From assembly GCA_963674595.2 (NCBI GenBank), contig CAXXFV010000001.1:49316-113315 (forward strand): a DNA stretch of 64,000 bases. The letters run 5' to 3'. Positions 30,931 to 42,319 of this stretch are shown here, piece after piece. Positions within the stretch are counted from its first letter, which is position 1, and each line of letters starts with the position of its first letter. The position numbers and the translations under genes are program-made. The notes below the pieces were generated by a model, which saw only the letters and a program-made list of their open reading frames with translations, did no database searches and was not told the DNA's origin. The DNA comes from a bacterium. Its GTDB lineage: Bacteria; Zhuqueibacterota; Zhuqueibacteria; Residuimicrobiales; Krinioviventaceae.

Positions 30931-33276
30931 ATGGATCAGGGTAAAAAAATTAATATATTATTTATTGAAGACTTGCCTTCAGATACAGAGCTGGCGGTAT
31001 ATCATTTAAAAAAACAGGGTATGCAATTTGATTATTCCCGGGTTGATACGGAACAAGCGTTTTTAGAGGCTCTGGATAAATCATATCCCGATATAATTGT
31101 TTCAGATTATTTTATGCCGACCTTTAATGGCATGCAGGCTTTAAATATATTGTCTGAAAAGAAAATAGAGATTCCATTTATAATATTAACCGGTTCTATA
31201 AATGAAAATACGGCTGTGGAATGTATAAAAGCCGGGGCGAATGATTATGTAATTAAAGAGTTTATTGAAAAGTTGCCTTTTTCCATTCAGGAAGCTTTGG
31301 AACACCGCCAACAAAAAATGGAACGTGAAAAAATAGAAAATGAAAAAAAAGAAAGTCAGCGTCGGTTTTCTACATTGGTAAATAATTTAAATGGAATGGT
31401 TTATCGTTGTAACAACGACGTTAACTGGACAATGACGTATGTTAGCGAGGGAGGAGAATTATTAACCGGTTATAACCCTAAAGATCTGATTAATAATAAT
31501 AAAGTATCCTATGCTGATCTCATTCATCCTGAAGACAGGGATATGGTGTGGTCTCAAATTCAAATTGCAATTGAAAAAAAAGAGTTTTTTAAACTTACGT
31601 ATCGAATTATTGATGCCGATAAAAATCAACGCTGGGTTTATGAGCAGGGCTGTGGTATTTTTTCTAAAAATGGAAAGCTTGAAGCCGTTGAAGGTTTTAT
31701 TACGGATATTTCCTCTCTGAAAAAAGCGGAACAAGTGATCATTGAGAGCGAACAAATTTTAAACAAATCCCAGGAAATTGCTCACGTAGGTAGCTGGACA
31801 CTGGAACTGGATGATATGTCGCTGTTTTGGTCTGATGAAACCTACCGAATTTTTGGGTATGATCCGCAGGAATTCTCTCTGAATTTTAATAATTTTAAAA
31901 AATGTGTGCATCCGGATGACCTTGAAATTGTTCTGGAAACCTATACAAGAGCTATTAAGACAAATACACCTTATGATATTATTCATCGAATCATTCGGCC
32001 GAATGGAGAAGTCCGGTTTATTCATGAAAAGTCTATTGAAATAAAAGATATAAGAGGGGAAACCGTCCGTTCAATTGGCATTGTTCACGACATTACAGAA
32101 CAACAAAAAGCAAAAGATCGTATTTCACATCTTAACTCAATTTTACATTCAATTCGAACCATTGACCAACTTGTCGTTAGGGAAAAAAATAAGGACAATT
32201 TTTTAAAAAAAGCAAGTACCACACTCGTTGAAACAAGGGGTTTTCAATATGCCTGGTTTTTCCTTTTTGATGATAGCATGAATTTTTACAAGGCAATAGG
32301 TGCTGATAAAAACGAAAATGCTGAAGAGTTTGAAAAATTTTTTAGTAAAAAACTTTTGCCAAAATGTATAAACAAGCATATTCTTAAGGAAAAGATTTAT
32401 CGCCCTGATTCAGGAGTGGAGTGTATTGATTGTGTTCTGAAAAAAAGATATAATATAAAAAATTCACTTGTCATCCTTTTAGAGCACGGAGACACTGTGT
32501 TTGGCGCACTCATTGTTTCATTATTTCAAAAGATGATCGATGATCCGGAAGAGGTGAATTTGCTTCAGGAACTGGCAAGTGATATTGCTTTTGCGTTGTA
32601 TGATTTTCAGTTGGAAGAAAACAGAAACCAGTTTGAAAACCAGATTAAAAAGAATTTAACCGAAAAAGAAATTCTGCTTAAAGAAATTCATCATCGTGTT
32701 AAAAATAATTTAAATGTTATTACAAGTCTTTTAAATTTACAGGCAAATCAGGTTAAAAATAAAAAACAGGCAATTGAAGCATTTCAGGATTGCCGGAACA
32801 GGGTTTTTTCTATTGCCCTGGTTCATGAAAAGCTTTACAAGTCTAAAGATTTTGCTCAAATTGCTGTACAATCATATATCGAAACGATGACCAACGAACT
32901 GATTTATGCGGCTTCGTCAGGACCAAATATTAAAATAGAACTCGATATTGCTCAAGCTTTTCTGGATATCAATAAAGCTATCCCGTTCGGTCTTATCCTT
33001 AATGAACTGGTTACAAATGCTCTTAAACATGCGTTTAATGACCAGGAGAACGGGATTATTGCCATTAAATTTAAAAAAGATGATGATGGTTATTTTAAGT
33101 TGATTGTAACGGATAATGGATCAGGATTTTCACATGAAATAGATTTAAATTCAACCAATACTCTGGGTTTACAGCTTGTTGATATGTTGACCTCACAGCT
33201 TGACGGAACATTGGCTTTTCATAATGATGGGGCTACTCAAGTTACTGTCCGTTTTCCAATAAAACAAGATGAATAG
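30931..33276 (+). CDS. Soluble REC-PAS-PAS-GAF-HisKA_2 histidine kinase
   Basis: N-terminal receiver, PAS (IHPED, VHPDD), H-box EIHHRVKNNL, NELVTNALKHAF, DNGSG. Confidence 0.92.
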   Translation: MDQGKKINILFIEDLPSDTELAVYHLKKQGMQFDYSRVDTEQAFLEALDKSYPDIIVSDYFMPTFNGMQALNILSEKKIEIPFIILTGSINENTAVECIKAGANDYVIKEFIEKLPFSIQEALEHRQQKMEREKIENEKKESQRRFSTLVNNLNGMVYRCNNDVNWTMTYVSEGGELLTGYNPKDLINNNKVSYADLIHPEDRDMVWSQIQIAIEKKEFFKLTYRIIDADKNQRWVYEQGCGIFSKNGKLEAVEGFITDISSLKKAEQVIIESEQILNKSQEIAHVGSWTLELDDMSLFWSDETYRIFGYDPQEFSLNFNNFKKCVHPDDLEIVLETYTRAIKTNTPYDIIHRIIRPNGEVRFIHEKSIEIKDIRGETVRSIGIVHDITEQQKAKDRISHLNSILHSIRTIDQLVVREKNKDNFLKKASTTLVETRGFQYAWFFLFDDSMNFYKAIGADKNENAEEFEKFFSKKLLPKCINKHILKEKIYRPDSGVECIDCVLKKRYNIKNSLVILLEHGDTVFGALIVSLFQKMIDDPEEVNLLQELASDIAFALYDFQLEENRNQFENQIKKNLTEKEILLKEIHHRVKNNLNVITSLLNLQANQVKNKKQAIEAFQDCRNRVFSIALVHEKLYKSKDFAQIAVQSYIETMTNELIYAASSGPNIKIELDIAQAFLDINKAIPFGLILNELVTNALKHAFNDQENGIIAIKFKKDDDGYFKLIVTDNGSGFSHEIDLNSTNTLGLQLVDMLTSQLDGTLAFHNDGATQVTVRFPIKQDE

Positions 33277-33399
33277 ATTAATTGATGTTGCATTCTCAAA
33301 CTTGATATTTATAATTTAAATCTTTAATATTAGGTCGTGCGATCTGTACTTTTTGGTTATGTATGGATTTAAATTACTTTTAGTTTGAGGAGGTAAATA

Positions 33400-34542
33400 G
33401 TGATTTCGGAGCGGTCTGAAAATATCCCGCCTTTTTTGGTGATGGAAGTCCTGGAAAAGGCCCAGCAGATGGAAAAGAAAGGTATCGACATCATTCATTT
33501 GGAAATTGGTGAACCTGATTTTGATACCCCGGAAAAAATTAAAATAGCGGCGATAAACGCCATCCATAATGACGCTACACACTATACACACAGTTTGGGA
33601 ATTTGGGAATTACGAGAAGCTGTTGCTCAATATTATAAATCTCACTATAACGTTGATTTTTCCCCGGAACAGGTTATTGTTACTTTGGGAACGTCACCGG
33701 CATTGTTGCTCACCCTTTGTACATTGCTGAACGCTGGTGATCAGGTCGTTTTATCTGATCCGGGATATGCCTGTTATCCGAATTTTATACAATACATCGA
33801 TGCCGTACCGGTTACCGTACCTTTGAATGCAAATAATGGATTTATATTCCAGCCGGATGATATTAAAAACAAACTCTCATCAAAAACCAGGGCGGTTTTA
33901 ATTAATTCACCATCCAATCCGACCGGCACCATTTTACCGCCGGAAATTTTAAGTAAAATTGCCGGCCTGGGACCCTATATCATTTCCGATGAAATATATC
34001 ATGGTTTGGTTTATGAAGGAAAGGCCCATTCCATTCTGGAATTTACAGACAAGGCATTTGTTTTAAATGGTTTTTCAAAACTGTTTGCTATGACTGGTTG
34101 GCGTTTGGGTTATATTATTGCTCCCCGGGAATTTGTAAGGCCGATTCAAAAAGCCCAGCAAAATTTTTATATTTGTCCCAATTCCATTTCACAATGGGCC
34201 GGTGTTTCTGCGTTAACGGAAGACCACCCGGAACTATCCATAATGTTAGAAACCTATAACAAACGCAGAAAAGTAATTGTGGAAGGGCTTAAAAAGCTCG
34301 GGTTCGGGATTTATGTTGAACCGACCGGCGCTTTTTATGTTTTAGCGGATGCCCGATTTCTCAGTCAGGATTCCTATAAACTGGCATTTGATATTCTGGA
34401 AAAAGCACATGTTGCCGTAACACCCGGTATTGATTTTGGACAATCTTCTGAGGGCTTTTTACGTTTTTCCTATGCAAATTCCGTTGAAAATATTCAGGAG
34501 GGATTAGCGCGTTTGCAAAAATATATTCAAAAGATGCATTGA
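33400..34542 (+). CDS. PLP-dependent aminotransferase class I/II (AspC-like)
   Basis: GEPDF, SPSNPTG, DEIY, SKLFAMTGWRLG, LRFSYA. Confidence 0.93.
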   Translation: MISERSENIPPFLVMEVLEKAQQMEKKGIDIIHLEIGEPDFDTPEKIKIAAINAIHNDATHYTHSLGIWELREAVAQYYKSHYNVDFSPEQVIVTLGTSPALLLTLCTLLNAGDQVVLSDPGYACYPNFIQYIDAVPVTVPLNANNGFIFQPDDIKNKLSSKTRAVLINSPSNPTGTILPPEILSKIAGLGPYIISDEIYHGLVYEGKAHSILEFTDKAFVLNGFSKLFAMTGWRLGYIIAPREFVRPIQKAQQNFYICPNSISQWAGVSALTEDHPELSIMLETYNKRRKVIVEGLKKLGFGIYVEPTGAFYVLADARFLSQDSYKLAFDILEKAHVAVTPGIDFGQSSEGFLRFSYANSVENIQEGLARLQKYIQKMH

Positions 34543-34544
34543 TA

Positions 34545-35450
34545 TTATTTTTTCAAATAAACCTGGGCGCGGGTTATCAGCAATCCCCCGACAACGAGGA
34601 TAGCGCCAGCCGTCCATTGGATCAGGGTCAGTTTTTCCTGGAAAATGAAACGGGATATAATGGCTGTGATAAATGCGGAAGAAAGGTTCACGCTGGATGC
34701 GATGGCAACGCCGATCCTTTTAATCGCAACATAAAATAAAACATGGGCGGCGGCAATACCAATCAAGCCGGAAATGATGACAAGCACTGTTACCAGTGAC
34801 GGCATTTCCATTGCTTTGGCCGGCTCGCCAAAAGTAAACATGAAAACGATCATCCCGGCGGCTGTAATTTGAGAAATCATTCCAAAAGCGATGCGGGAAT
34901 CAATATTTTGCATGGTATGACGGACCGAAAGCTGGTAGCCGGCCCAGAAAATACTGGTAAATAAAACCATTATAATACCGATTGTTGTTCCCCTGCCAAG
35001 TTGCGTATTGCCTCCTACCGTCATGGCAATGAAACCGAATATTGCCAGGGCCAAACCCAGCCAAAACTCTTTGGAATGACCGATTGCCCGTTCATCCTTG
35101 AAAAATATAAAAGAGCCTGCAACCGTTAAAACGGTTGAGAGCCGAACAAGAAACGCAATCAGTCCGGGATCGATAAAGTAGGGTGTCCAGGCCCAAAAAA
35201 CCTGACCGATAATATTAATCGATGCCGGAAGCAAAGCCAGCTTCCACATTTTTTTTGTTAACCGGCCGCCTTTTATCCAAAACAGCAGCATAGGCAGGTA
35301 AACAAGGGCCGCCATTGGATAGCGGATTCCATTGGCCGTCCAACTGTCTATATAATGTGTAAAATATTTTAAAAACAAAGGGACCGTAGCCCAGCAGATA
35401 ACAGAACCAATTAGAGCGAGCGTTGCCGTAAGATCAATCTTTTTATTCAT
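34545..35450 (-). CDS. DMT/EamA family transporter
   Basis: ~10 TM helices arranged as two EamA halves. Confidence 0.85.
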   Translation of the reverse strand: MNKKIDLTATLALIGSVICWATVPLFLKYFTHYIDSWTANGIRYPMAALVYLPMLLFWIKGGRLTKKMWKLALLPASINIIGQVFWAWTPYFIDPGLIAFLVRLSTVLTVAGSFIFFKDERAIGHSKEFWLGLALAIFGFIAMTVGGNTQLGRGTTIGIIMVLFTSIFWAGYQLSVRHTMQNIDSRIAFGMISQITAAGMIVFMFTFGEPAKAMEMPSLVTVLVIISGLIGIAAAHVLFYVAIKRIGVAIASSVNLSSAFITAIISRFIFQEKLTLIQWTAGAILVVGGLLITRAQVYLKK

Positions 35451-35688
35451 AAGCTTGTTGTAATTATAAGTTGTAGTAATAGAATTAAGAAGGAGCAAAG
35501 TACGCATTTGTTTTACAAAATGCAATGTTGTGGATGGACGAATTATTTTTATTTAACCCATATTTACGGAAAATTGTTTAGAATAACGTTGGAATTCTGC
35601 AAGAAAATTTGTTAATTTAGCAAATTTGCAATTTTTAATTAAAGTTAAAATATTACCGGAATGAATATATATCAAGCAGGAGTTTTTA

Positions 35689-36492
35689 ATGTCCAGAGAA
35701 AATGACAGGTCATTACGATTTTATCACGAGGTCCTCGGGTTAAAGCACTTACATTATGGTTTATGGGATTTGGATGACCCACTTTCCTACGATAATTTAA
35801 AAAGAGCTCAACAGCGGTATGAAGATTTTTTAATAGAAAATTTGCCAAAAGAAGCAAACAGTGTTTTGGACGTCGGCTGCGGAACTTCCAGTCTCAGTAT
35901 GCGAATGCACGGTTTGGGTTTGGATGTTGAGGGACTTTCTCCGGATATAAATCAAAAGCAAATATTTACTGAAAACCTGAATGTACCTTTTCATCATACT
36001 ACTTTTGAAAAGTTTGGACCCCAAAAAAAATATGACTGTTTGATCATGTCGGAATCAGCCCAATACATTCCATATACGGAACTGTTTAAAAAAGCTATTG
36101 AATGTTTAAAACAGGACGGTCATTTGCTGGTTTGCGACTATTTTGTTAAAGACAATGCCCAGGGGCTTTTATCAAAAAGCGGTCACCGGCTGACGTTGTT
36201 TCTTGAAGAAGCAAAAAAGAACAATTTTATGATTGCGAAACACAAAGACCTGACGGATAATGTTGTTAAAACACTGGAACTGGCAAAGCTTATCGCAGAC
36301 AGGGGCCTTTTGGCGGCCGATATTGCTTCTGAAAAATTTCGAACAAAGCATCCTGTATGGACAAAGTTGGTGCTGTGGACGTTCCGTAAAAAAATTGCCC
36401 ATGCAAAAGAACAAATGGTTTTAATCGATTCCGGGCAGTTTAAGGAAAATAAACGATATAATTTTTATCTGTTTCAGTATGTGGGAAAGTAA
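35689..36492 (+). CDS. Class I SAM-dependent methyltransferase
   Basis: LHYGLW and VLDVGCG motif I. Confidence 0.88.
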   Translation: MSRENDRSLRFYHEVLGLKHLHYGLWDLDDPLSYDNLKRAQQRYEDFLIENLPKEANSVLDVGCGTSSLSMRMHGLGLDVEGLSPDINQKQIFTENLNVPFHHTTFEKFGPQKKYDCLIMSESAQYIPYTELFKKAIECLKQDGHLLVCDYFVKDNAQGLLSKSGHRLTLFLEEAKKNNFMIAKHKDLTDNVVKTLELAKLIADRGLLAADIASEKFRTKHPVWTKLVLWTFRKKIAHAKEQMVLIDSGQFKENKRYNFYLFQYVGK

Positions 36493-36635
36493 AATATTTA
36501 TTTGATAGAATTTTCAAACACATACCTATAAATCCTGTCTAGCTGTATATAGAATGGGTTATGATTATGTCAGGTAAAATAGTTCCGTTGCCTGCTATAT
36601 TGAAAATAATGTGATTCTCCTTTCTGATTTATATG

Positions 36636-39416
36636 TTAATAAATGGCAACAACAGATACAGTTCCATTCAATCCTTTCAGTTCGATGATCTCTTTTTGAT
36701 TATTAAAATCCGGCCACTTTTTCCCATTTACCATCACACTCTTGATCGGTGATGCCTGGGGGTGTCTGAATCTCAGGAAAATTTGTTCCGGCAATTTACG
36801 ATCAGGCATTTCAATTGTTGCGGTAATTTTATTATTATCCAGGTCTGATATAATTTCATAGGACAATGTCCCGAAATAAGTCGGTGCATTTTTTACGATG
36901 ATCTTTTTGCCATCTTGCAGCCATACACGCGGGGTAGCCCTTGCCACCCAAAGAGACTGACCCTCTTCCATTACCAGCATGTTACGGAAATTTTCCAGGA
37001 ACCATCCTGCGGTGCCGTTGTCGGAACTGCTATTGAACGCATAATTGCCCAACTGTCCCCATTCCCATAATTTACCGTCGCTTCCCACCATGGCCGTGTA
37101 ACTGTTCATCCAGAACCGTAAAAAATTCGGTACATCATCCTGAAGCAGATAGATGTTGGCATTGTGCGAGGCCTTTGGGAAACTTCCTCCATAGCAATTC
37201 CAAAACCAGTCATCGTCCAGTTCGCCAACGGGACGGATAGGGATTCCTATCTCATGCTGTACGTTGACGGTCAGTACGTGCGTTGTGACCTGGGGCACCA
37301 TACCACTCTCTTCAATGATATTTAATGTATTGATCATGCGGCTGTCATTGGGGTCCAGTGCTGCAAATGGTTCGGCCAACGGAAGTGATCCGGTAATAAT
37401 ATCGGTCTGCGGACGCTGGGGAGCGCCAAACTCCAGATTACACATGGTGCCCCGGGTGTACGCCGATGCCGGGATAAAGCTGTAATACATGCCGTCACGC
37501 TCCGGTTTTACGGGCGACAGTATCGTTTCCTTGTCTACCACCCGGCAAATGTCGTTGCGAAACGCATCCGCCTCGTTACTATATTTTCGGCCTGCTTCCG
37601 GATCGATCTCCATTAAAGCGTCGGCAAATCGCTGGAGTCCCTGCAGGGCAAAAGCATTGTCGGCATAATACCAATGCCAGTCACTGCTGGGTATGGCATA
37701 ATCACCCAGCATACACGGCGGCATAAGGCCGGCCACCAAAAGATCATCCCTATTGGGAACGTCTTTTATATAGAGTTTGCGCTGACGAATCATCCAGTCC
37801 GCCGCTGCCTGCATGCGATCACGGTGCTGAAGGAACCACTCCTTATCGCCGGTCAGGAAATAGCGCTCGGCCATGGCAAACAAGAGTCTGCCTGTTGAGG
37901 CATGTGTGCCGTCATGACTGTATCCCATGTCGTGCCGCATGGTTGTTGCCAATTCCAGGGCACCGTTTCCATCTGTAAAATCACCATCCGATTTTGCACC
38001 CGGCGCCTCTAAAAAATGCTGATAAATTTTATCTGCTTCATCGTTCAAACCCACCAAATTCATTTCATGAGCAACCCGGCTTACCTCATAGGCAAGTCCT
38101 CCCCACATGTGTTTCCCTTTCATCTGAAAAGAGGCCGCACGCCAGGCATTTGTCCAGCCGGAATCCGGAACCTGTACCTCCACAACAGGGTCTTCAACCT
38201 TGGGAAAGGGCGCCAGGACTGTTCCCTCAGGGAGTGTCGATAGTCTAACCTCTTTCATTACCTCATACCAGGATGCTGCCTCGGGATGTTCCCGGACCAA
38301 TTGGCGAATACTTTTCAGGTTTTTCGCTGCCAATTCCTCTGTAAACTTTCGGGCCGTTATGTTACTGCCGGCCTTTGTTATGAAAACACCGTGTTCCGGA
38401 ACCATAATAGGCCCGTTCTCAAGGTCACTAACCAGAAACGTAAATCCGGATGTATCGGTCCAGACGGTAATCCTGCTATCCAGCGCAACCCGGCCGCCGG
38501 ATGCATATAATATCGGCACGACAATGCCTCGTCTTGTTTTACCTGCGGCCCGTGATTGCCAGCTATGTTCATCGCTCACCGTCGTTCCCTTGTCACCTGC
38601 CAGTGGTGAAACAGGACCGGTTACCGCAACATAGGAATCCACCCGCCCGTTAAAATCGTTTTTTTCTGTTCCTTTTTGAAAACCCCATTCTATTTCCACA
38701 TCCATTTGTTCCCATGTTCCCATAATCGGACTCGTTACATGGATGGCCGGTACTAAAGTTTTATTGCCGGTTTGTGTTTTTCCCTCTTTGCAAAAGACCG
38801 CAACCATTTCCGTTGCCGCGTCAACCCGGGCGCTAAAGGCCCAATCCATTTTTGCACCCGGCTCGATTTTGTACGTCCACCTATGCCCATCTGCCGATAT
38901 CTTTGGATTGCTCAGAATTTTGTCCACTGTCCAACCAAACCAGCCAAACGATGTGGGATAAACCCGGACCTCTACATTTTCCTGCAAAGGAACCTTCCGG
39001 ACATCTGTCGGCCAATTTAGCTCTATTTCATACTCTGACAACCTTCCCGTCCAAAGCAGTCCCGCCAGTAACGTTCCTTCCGGTTTAGGGAGTAACGGTT
39101 TTAGCAAGTCCGGCATATCATAATAGATACTTTTTAACTCTTTTTCCGGCATTTCATAAAAAGCCGTTCGGTAAACCTTATCAATCCGGTCCAGCCGCCG
39201 GGGAATGAAACAGGCTTCCGGTTTCTCCTGCACTGCCAGATCGGCACGCCATTCATACGCCCATGGTGCAATGTCCACCGGTTGACCAACCAGCTTGTAA
39301 AATTCTGTTTGATTTATGGTTGCAGGAGGGAGGTTTAACGCTTCTGCTGCAAACATGATCTTGCCCGTTAGGGCTAAAATAATCACTGTTCCCATTAGTA
39401 TAATTTGTTTTTTCAT
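36636..39416 (-). CDS. Large secreted protein with C-terminal six-hairpin glycosidase-like domain
   Basis: Signal peptide; 'ERYFLTGDKEWF...AADWM...R', 'GLMPP' and 'APTYFGTLSY' are typical of (alpha/alpha)6 GH-like proteins. Confidence 0.65.
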   Translation of the reverse strand: MKKQIILMGTVIILALTGKIMFAAEALNLPPATINQTEFYKLVGQPVDIAPWAYEWRADLAVQEKPEACFIPRRLDRIDKVYRTAFYEMPEKELKSIYYDMPDLLKPLLPKPEGTLLAGLLWTGRLSEYEIELNWPTDVRKVPLQENVEVRVYPTSFGWFGWTVDKILSNPKISADGHRWTYKIEPGAKMDWAFSARVDAATEMVAVFCKEGKTQTGNKTLVPAIHVTSPIMGTWEQMDVEIEWGFQKGTEKNDFNGRVDSYVAVTGPVSPLAGDKGTTVSDEHSWQSRAAGKTRRGIVVPILYASGGRVALDSRITVWTDTSGFTFLVSDLENGPIMVPEHGVFITKAGSNITARKFTEELAAKNLKSIRQLVREHPEAASWYEVMKEVRLSTLPEGTVLAPFPKVEDPVVEVQVPDSGWTNAWRAASFQMKGKHMWGGLAYEVSRVAHEMNLVGLNDEADKIYQHFLEAPGAKSDGDFTDGNGALELATTMRHDMGYSHDGTHASTGRLLFAMAERYFLTGDKEWFLQHRDRMQAAADWMIRQRKLYIKDVPNRDDLLVAGLMPPCMLGDYAIPSSDWHWYYADNAFALQGLQRFADALMEIDPEAGRKYSNEADAFRNDICRVVDKETILSPVKPERDGMYYSFIPASAYTRGTMCNLEFGAPQRPQTDIITGSLPLAEPFAALDPNDSRMINTLNIIEESGMVPQVTTHVLTVNVQHEIGIPIRPVGELDDDWFWNCYGGSFPKASHNANIYLLQDDVPNFLRFWMNSYTAMVGSDGKLWEWGQLGNYAFNSSSDNGTAGWFLENFRNMLVMEEGQSLWVARATPRVWLQDGKKIIVKNAPTYFGTLSYEIISDLDNNKITATIEMPDRKLPEQIFLRFRHPQASPIKSVMVNGKKWPDFNNQKEIIELKGLNGTVSVVAIY

Positions 39417-39663
39417 TATTACACCTTATCTGTTCCATTTTTATTTACAGCCATTAAATTAAAACAATTAGAATTTATACAGCATATTATATAAGAACAA
39501 GTTGGGGAGTATATTAAGAAAAAAATAATTTTACCAACTGCTGTTCCAGCTAGCGCAGATTGAATAAGGGGTAGGTCAGGTTATGGTTTGGGTTAATTCC
39601 AAATTCATGCTGATGCGACGTTTTGTCACGATCAACATGAATTTTTGAATTTTTTGGGAAACT

Positions 39664-41769
39664 TTAACTGATTTTTACATTAAAACGATAACGCATATCA
39701 TTATCAAACCACATAACAAAATTGGTTCCCCAAACATTATTATAAAGATTAAAATGCATTCCATTTTCTGTTTTGGGCTGATTGTTGTTAAAATCCAATA
39801 ATGATCTTTCACCCGGCGCTACCAACGGGCAATCCAATGTTTCTATATAAAAATTGCCATTGTTATCCTTGTAAGAGACACCCTTGATAACACCGTGCAG
39901 TTTTCGATTTCCATTTTTTATAACATTAAGCGGATTAACCTGGACCCCCATTTTGTCTAATAACCAGTTTTCCGGATTTTCAATTTTAGGAATAAAGGAA
40001 AACCATAATGCCTCCGGCAGGCGATTTGCCTGTTTGTTAAACCATTGAAAATCGATATGAATCGTTGGTGCATCATCAGGGAAAAAGAGTTTTGTTACCA
40101 GTAATTGAGGACATCCGCCCGGTGTTTCACCATTTTTATCCAGTACCTCAGATTTTATTAACAGGCAGAGCCCCTGTTCATCTTTTTTTATCCATGTTTC
40201 TTTCATCACAGGAAGCCATAATTTACTCGGCGGATTGATATTTTCAATTCCCGGTTTGCCAAAATCCTTAATCGACCAATCGGGTTTTTGGGTTAAATAT
40301 TGGTCCTGGAAGCGGTCATAATCAGCTTTTGAAAAAGTTTGATAGGTAAAAAGTGCCAACGGATTGTTTGGACCGGCCCAATTACGCTTTGTTTTCTTTG
40401 CAATTAATTGATTAATCGCCCCGGTATGTGGATCCAGGGAAATTGTGAAATTTGCAGTTTCGATATTGTTTGTAATATCTTCCGGATTTAGCTTTTGAAA
40501 ACCATCCGTTTGAGGTAATTGAGGCTCTAATTTTGCAAAGGCTTTATCGACCTGTTGTTTACATTCTTCCGGCAAATTATTTATGGCATTGTCCAGATAA
40601 GACCTCTTTTCCTGCCACGATTCTTCCATCTGTTTAAAATTCGGCTTTGACCTTGCTTTTGCCAAATCATCAACATTGTATATGTCCCAATCTTTTAAAT
40701 GAGATTTAACGTCCAGTCCCCACGTATGTTCTGCAACCATCATTAAAGGTATTCCGAATTTCAAATCAATGGAATCACCAAATTGAAATTTTCCGCTTTT
40801 AATCCAGTCCCTGCGTAACCGGCATAATTCCCGAAAACGGGCAATTTTCCACGGATCACTGGCCGCGCCATGTATCCATGTATCGCCCAGTTCCTGGGTA
40901 ATAACAGGCAGGTTATTTCGGATTTCGTTTACTTCCTTTGCTACGTCGTTCAGGGTGGATGCTTTTATCAATGCATTCGGGAACTTTAGCTGCAAATCAC
41001 TAAAAATTTGTTTTATCGCATCCAGGGTTTGCGGGCCGTTATTATCGCCGGTAAAACTGATGGATACGGCTGTTTTTGTTCCCGGTAAAACCATAACACT
41101 GCCATAGTCCATTTGATACATCATGACGACCTCTGAGCCGTCCGGTGCACGCCAGACAAACAGCGGCGGAACATCCGGAGGAGTGGAAGCCGGATTTATA
41201 CCGATATGCAGAAAAGAAATCCCTGCTTTTTGCAGCGGCGGAACGATACCGATAGAATGACCGGGTACATCCGTCATTTTCGCGGCAATTGTTTTTTTCC
41301 CAAATCTTTTATCCAACTCAGCCGATACTCCGGGAGCAAGAGAAAACAGGGAATTATCCATTAGCTCTGAATGGGTGGTAAAGGGTAAAGCATGCCAGGA
41401 AATATCACCGGCAACAATCGCTTCTTCCATCCTTGTTCTGTTTTTAGCTGATGCCCTGTTCAGGTATTCATAAATCAGCCATGAACCGGTGGTCCAAATA
41501 AATCTTTCCGGGTGGTTGTTTTTTCGGAGTTCTTCAGCCAGGGAAAGAGACGTCGGGATAAAATGTTCAAAATATCTGTTTATTACATTTTCAGCCAAAT
41601 CCGTAAACCCAACGTCCAGATGGGTTTTAAATATAACATGGACTTTATCAATCTCTGCCGGATTTATTTCACTGGTTTCATGGCCGGTTTTGCACAGGAT
41701 GTTAACAGGTTTGACTAAAATACCACCGATAAATGATAATAACGAAGCTAAATATTTTCGACGTTCCAT
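39664..41769 (-). CDS. DUF5054 / GH38-like glycoside hydrolase
   Basis: FKTHLDVGFTD, TDVPGH, GDTWIHG, EHTWG, NLYNNVWGTNF; RR-type N-terminus. Confidence 0.8.
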   Translation of the reverse strand: MERRKYLASLLSFIGGILVKPVNILCKTGHETSEINPAEIDKVHVIFKTHLDVGFTDLAENVINRYFEHFIPTSLSLAEELRKNNHPERFIWTTGSWLIYEYLNRASAKNRTRMEEAIVAGDISWHALPFTTHSELMDNSLFSLAPGVSAELDKRFGKKTIAAKMTDVPGHSIGIVPPLQKAGISFLHIGINPASTPPDVPPLFVWRAPDGSEVVMMYQMDYGSVMVLPGTKTAVSISFTGDNNGPQTLDAIKQIFSDLQLKFPNALIKASTLNDVAKEVNEIRNNLPVITQELGDTWIHGAASDPWKIARFRELCRLRRDWIKSGKFQFGDSIDLKFGIPLMMVAEHTWGLDVKSHLKDWDIYNVDDLAKARSKPNFKQMEESWQEKRSYLDNAINNLPEECKQQVDKAFAKLEPQLPQTDGFQKLNPEDITNNIETANFTISLDPHTGAINQLIAKKTKRNWAGPNNPLALFTYQTFSKADYDRFQDQYLTQKPDWSIKDFGKPGIENINPPSKLWLPVMKETWIKKDEQGLCLLIKSEVLDKNGETPGGCPQLLVTKLFFPDDAPTIHIDFQWFNKQANRLPEALWFSFIPKIENPENWLLDKMGVQVNPLNVIKNGNRKLHGVIKGVSYKDNNGNFYIETLDCPLVAPGERSLLDFNNNQPKTENGMHFNLYNNVWGTNFVMWFDNDMRYRFNVKIS

Positions 41770-41805
41770 GTTTTTCTTTCACTAGGATTTTAAAGAAAGT
41801 AATAC

Positions 41806-42132
41806 TTAATTATCTCCCCAAAGCTTGACAATTTTTTTTATCACGTTTTTTGTTTCAGGATTTAATGATTTATAAAATTCTGCAAATTCGTTCATCAATA
41901 TCTGGTCTTCAACTGAAGGACTATTATTTATTTTTAACAATTGGAACAGGGGCAAATTTAAGGCTTTGGCTATTTTATCAAGACTGGTAATAGTGGGATT
42001 TCTTTCGCCTCTTTCGATGCCGCTAATATATGTCGGATGTAATGTGGCCCTGTCTGCAAGTTCGTCCTGAGAAAAGTTTAATTTTTTCCGTTCTTCCCTG
42101 ATTTTCGCCCCGATGTCTTTCAAGTTATTCAT
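41806..42132 (-). CDS. XRE-family HTH regulator (C-protein-like)
   Basis: IGAKIR..RK...SQDELA....LHPTYISGIERGERNPT. Confidence 0.92.
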   Translation of the reverse strand: MNNLKDIGAKIREERKKLNFSQDELADRATLHPTYISGIERGERNPTITSLDKIAKALNLPLFQLLKINNSPSVEDQILMNEFAEFYKSLNPETKNVIKKIVKLWGDN

Positions 42133-42319
42133 TTACAGTTTTTTTTCAATCAAAAGTAAGGAACTTATAAAGTCAGAATTACAAATAATTCTGTTAACAA
42201 AATTTATAATTTTAAAATAATATCAATGCTGCTGAACATGATGATATGAATTATGTTCATTTAAGGCAAGTAAAAATTTAACTTAATTCCTGATGTTTTT
42301 TTAATTTTATAAAAACCAC

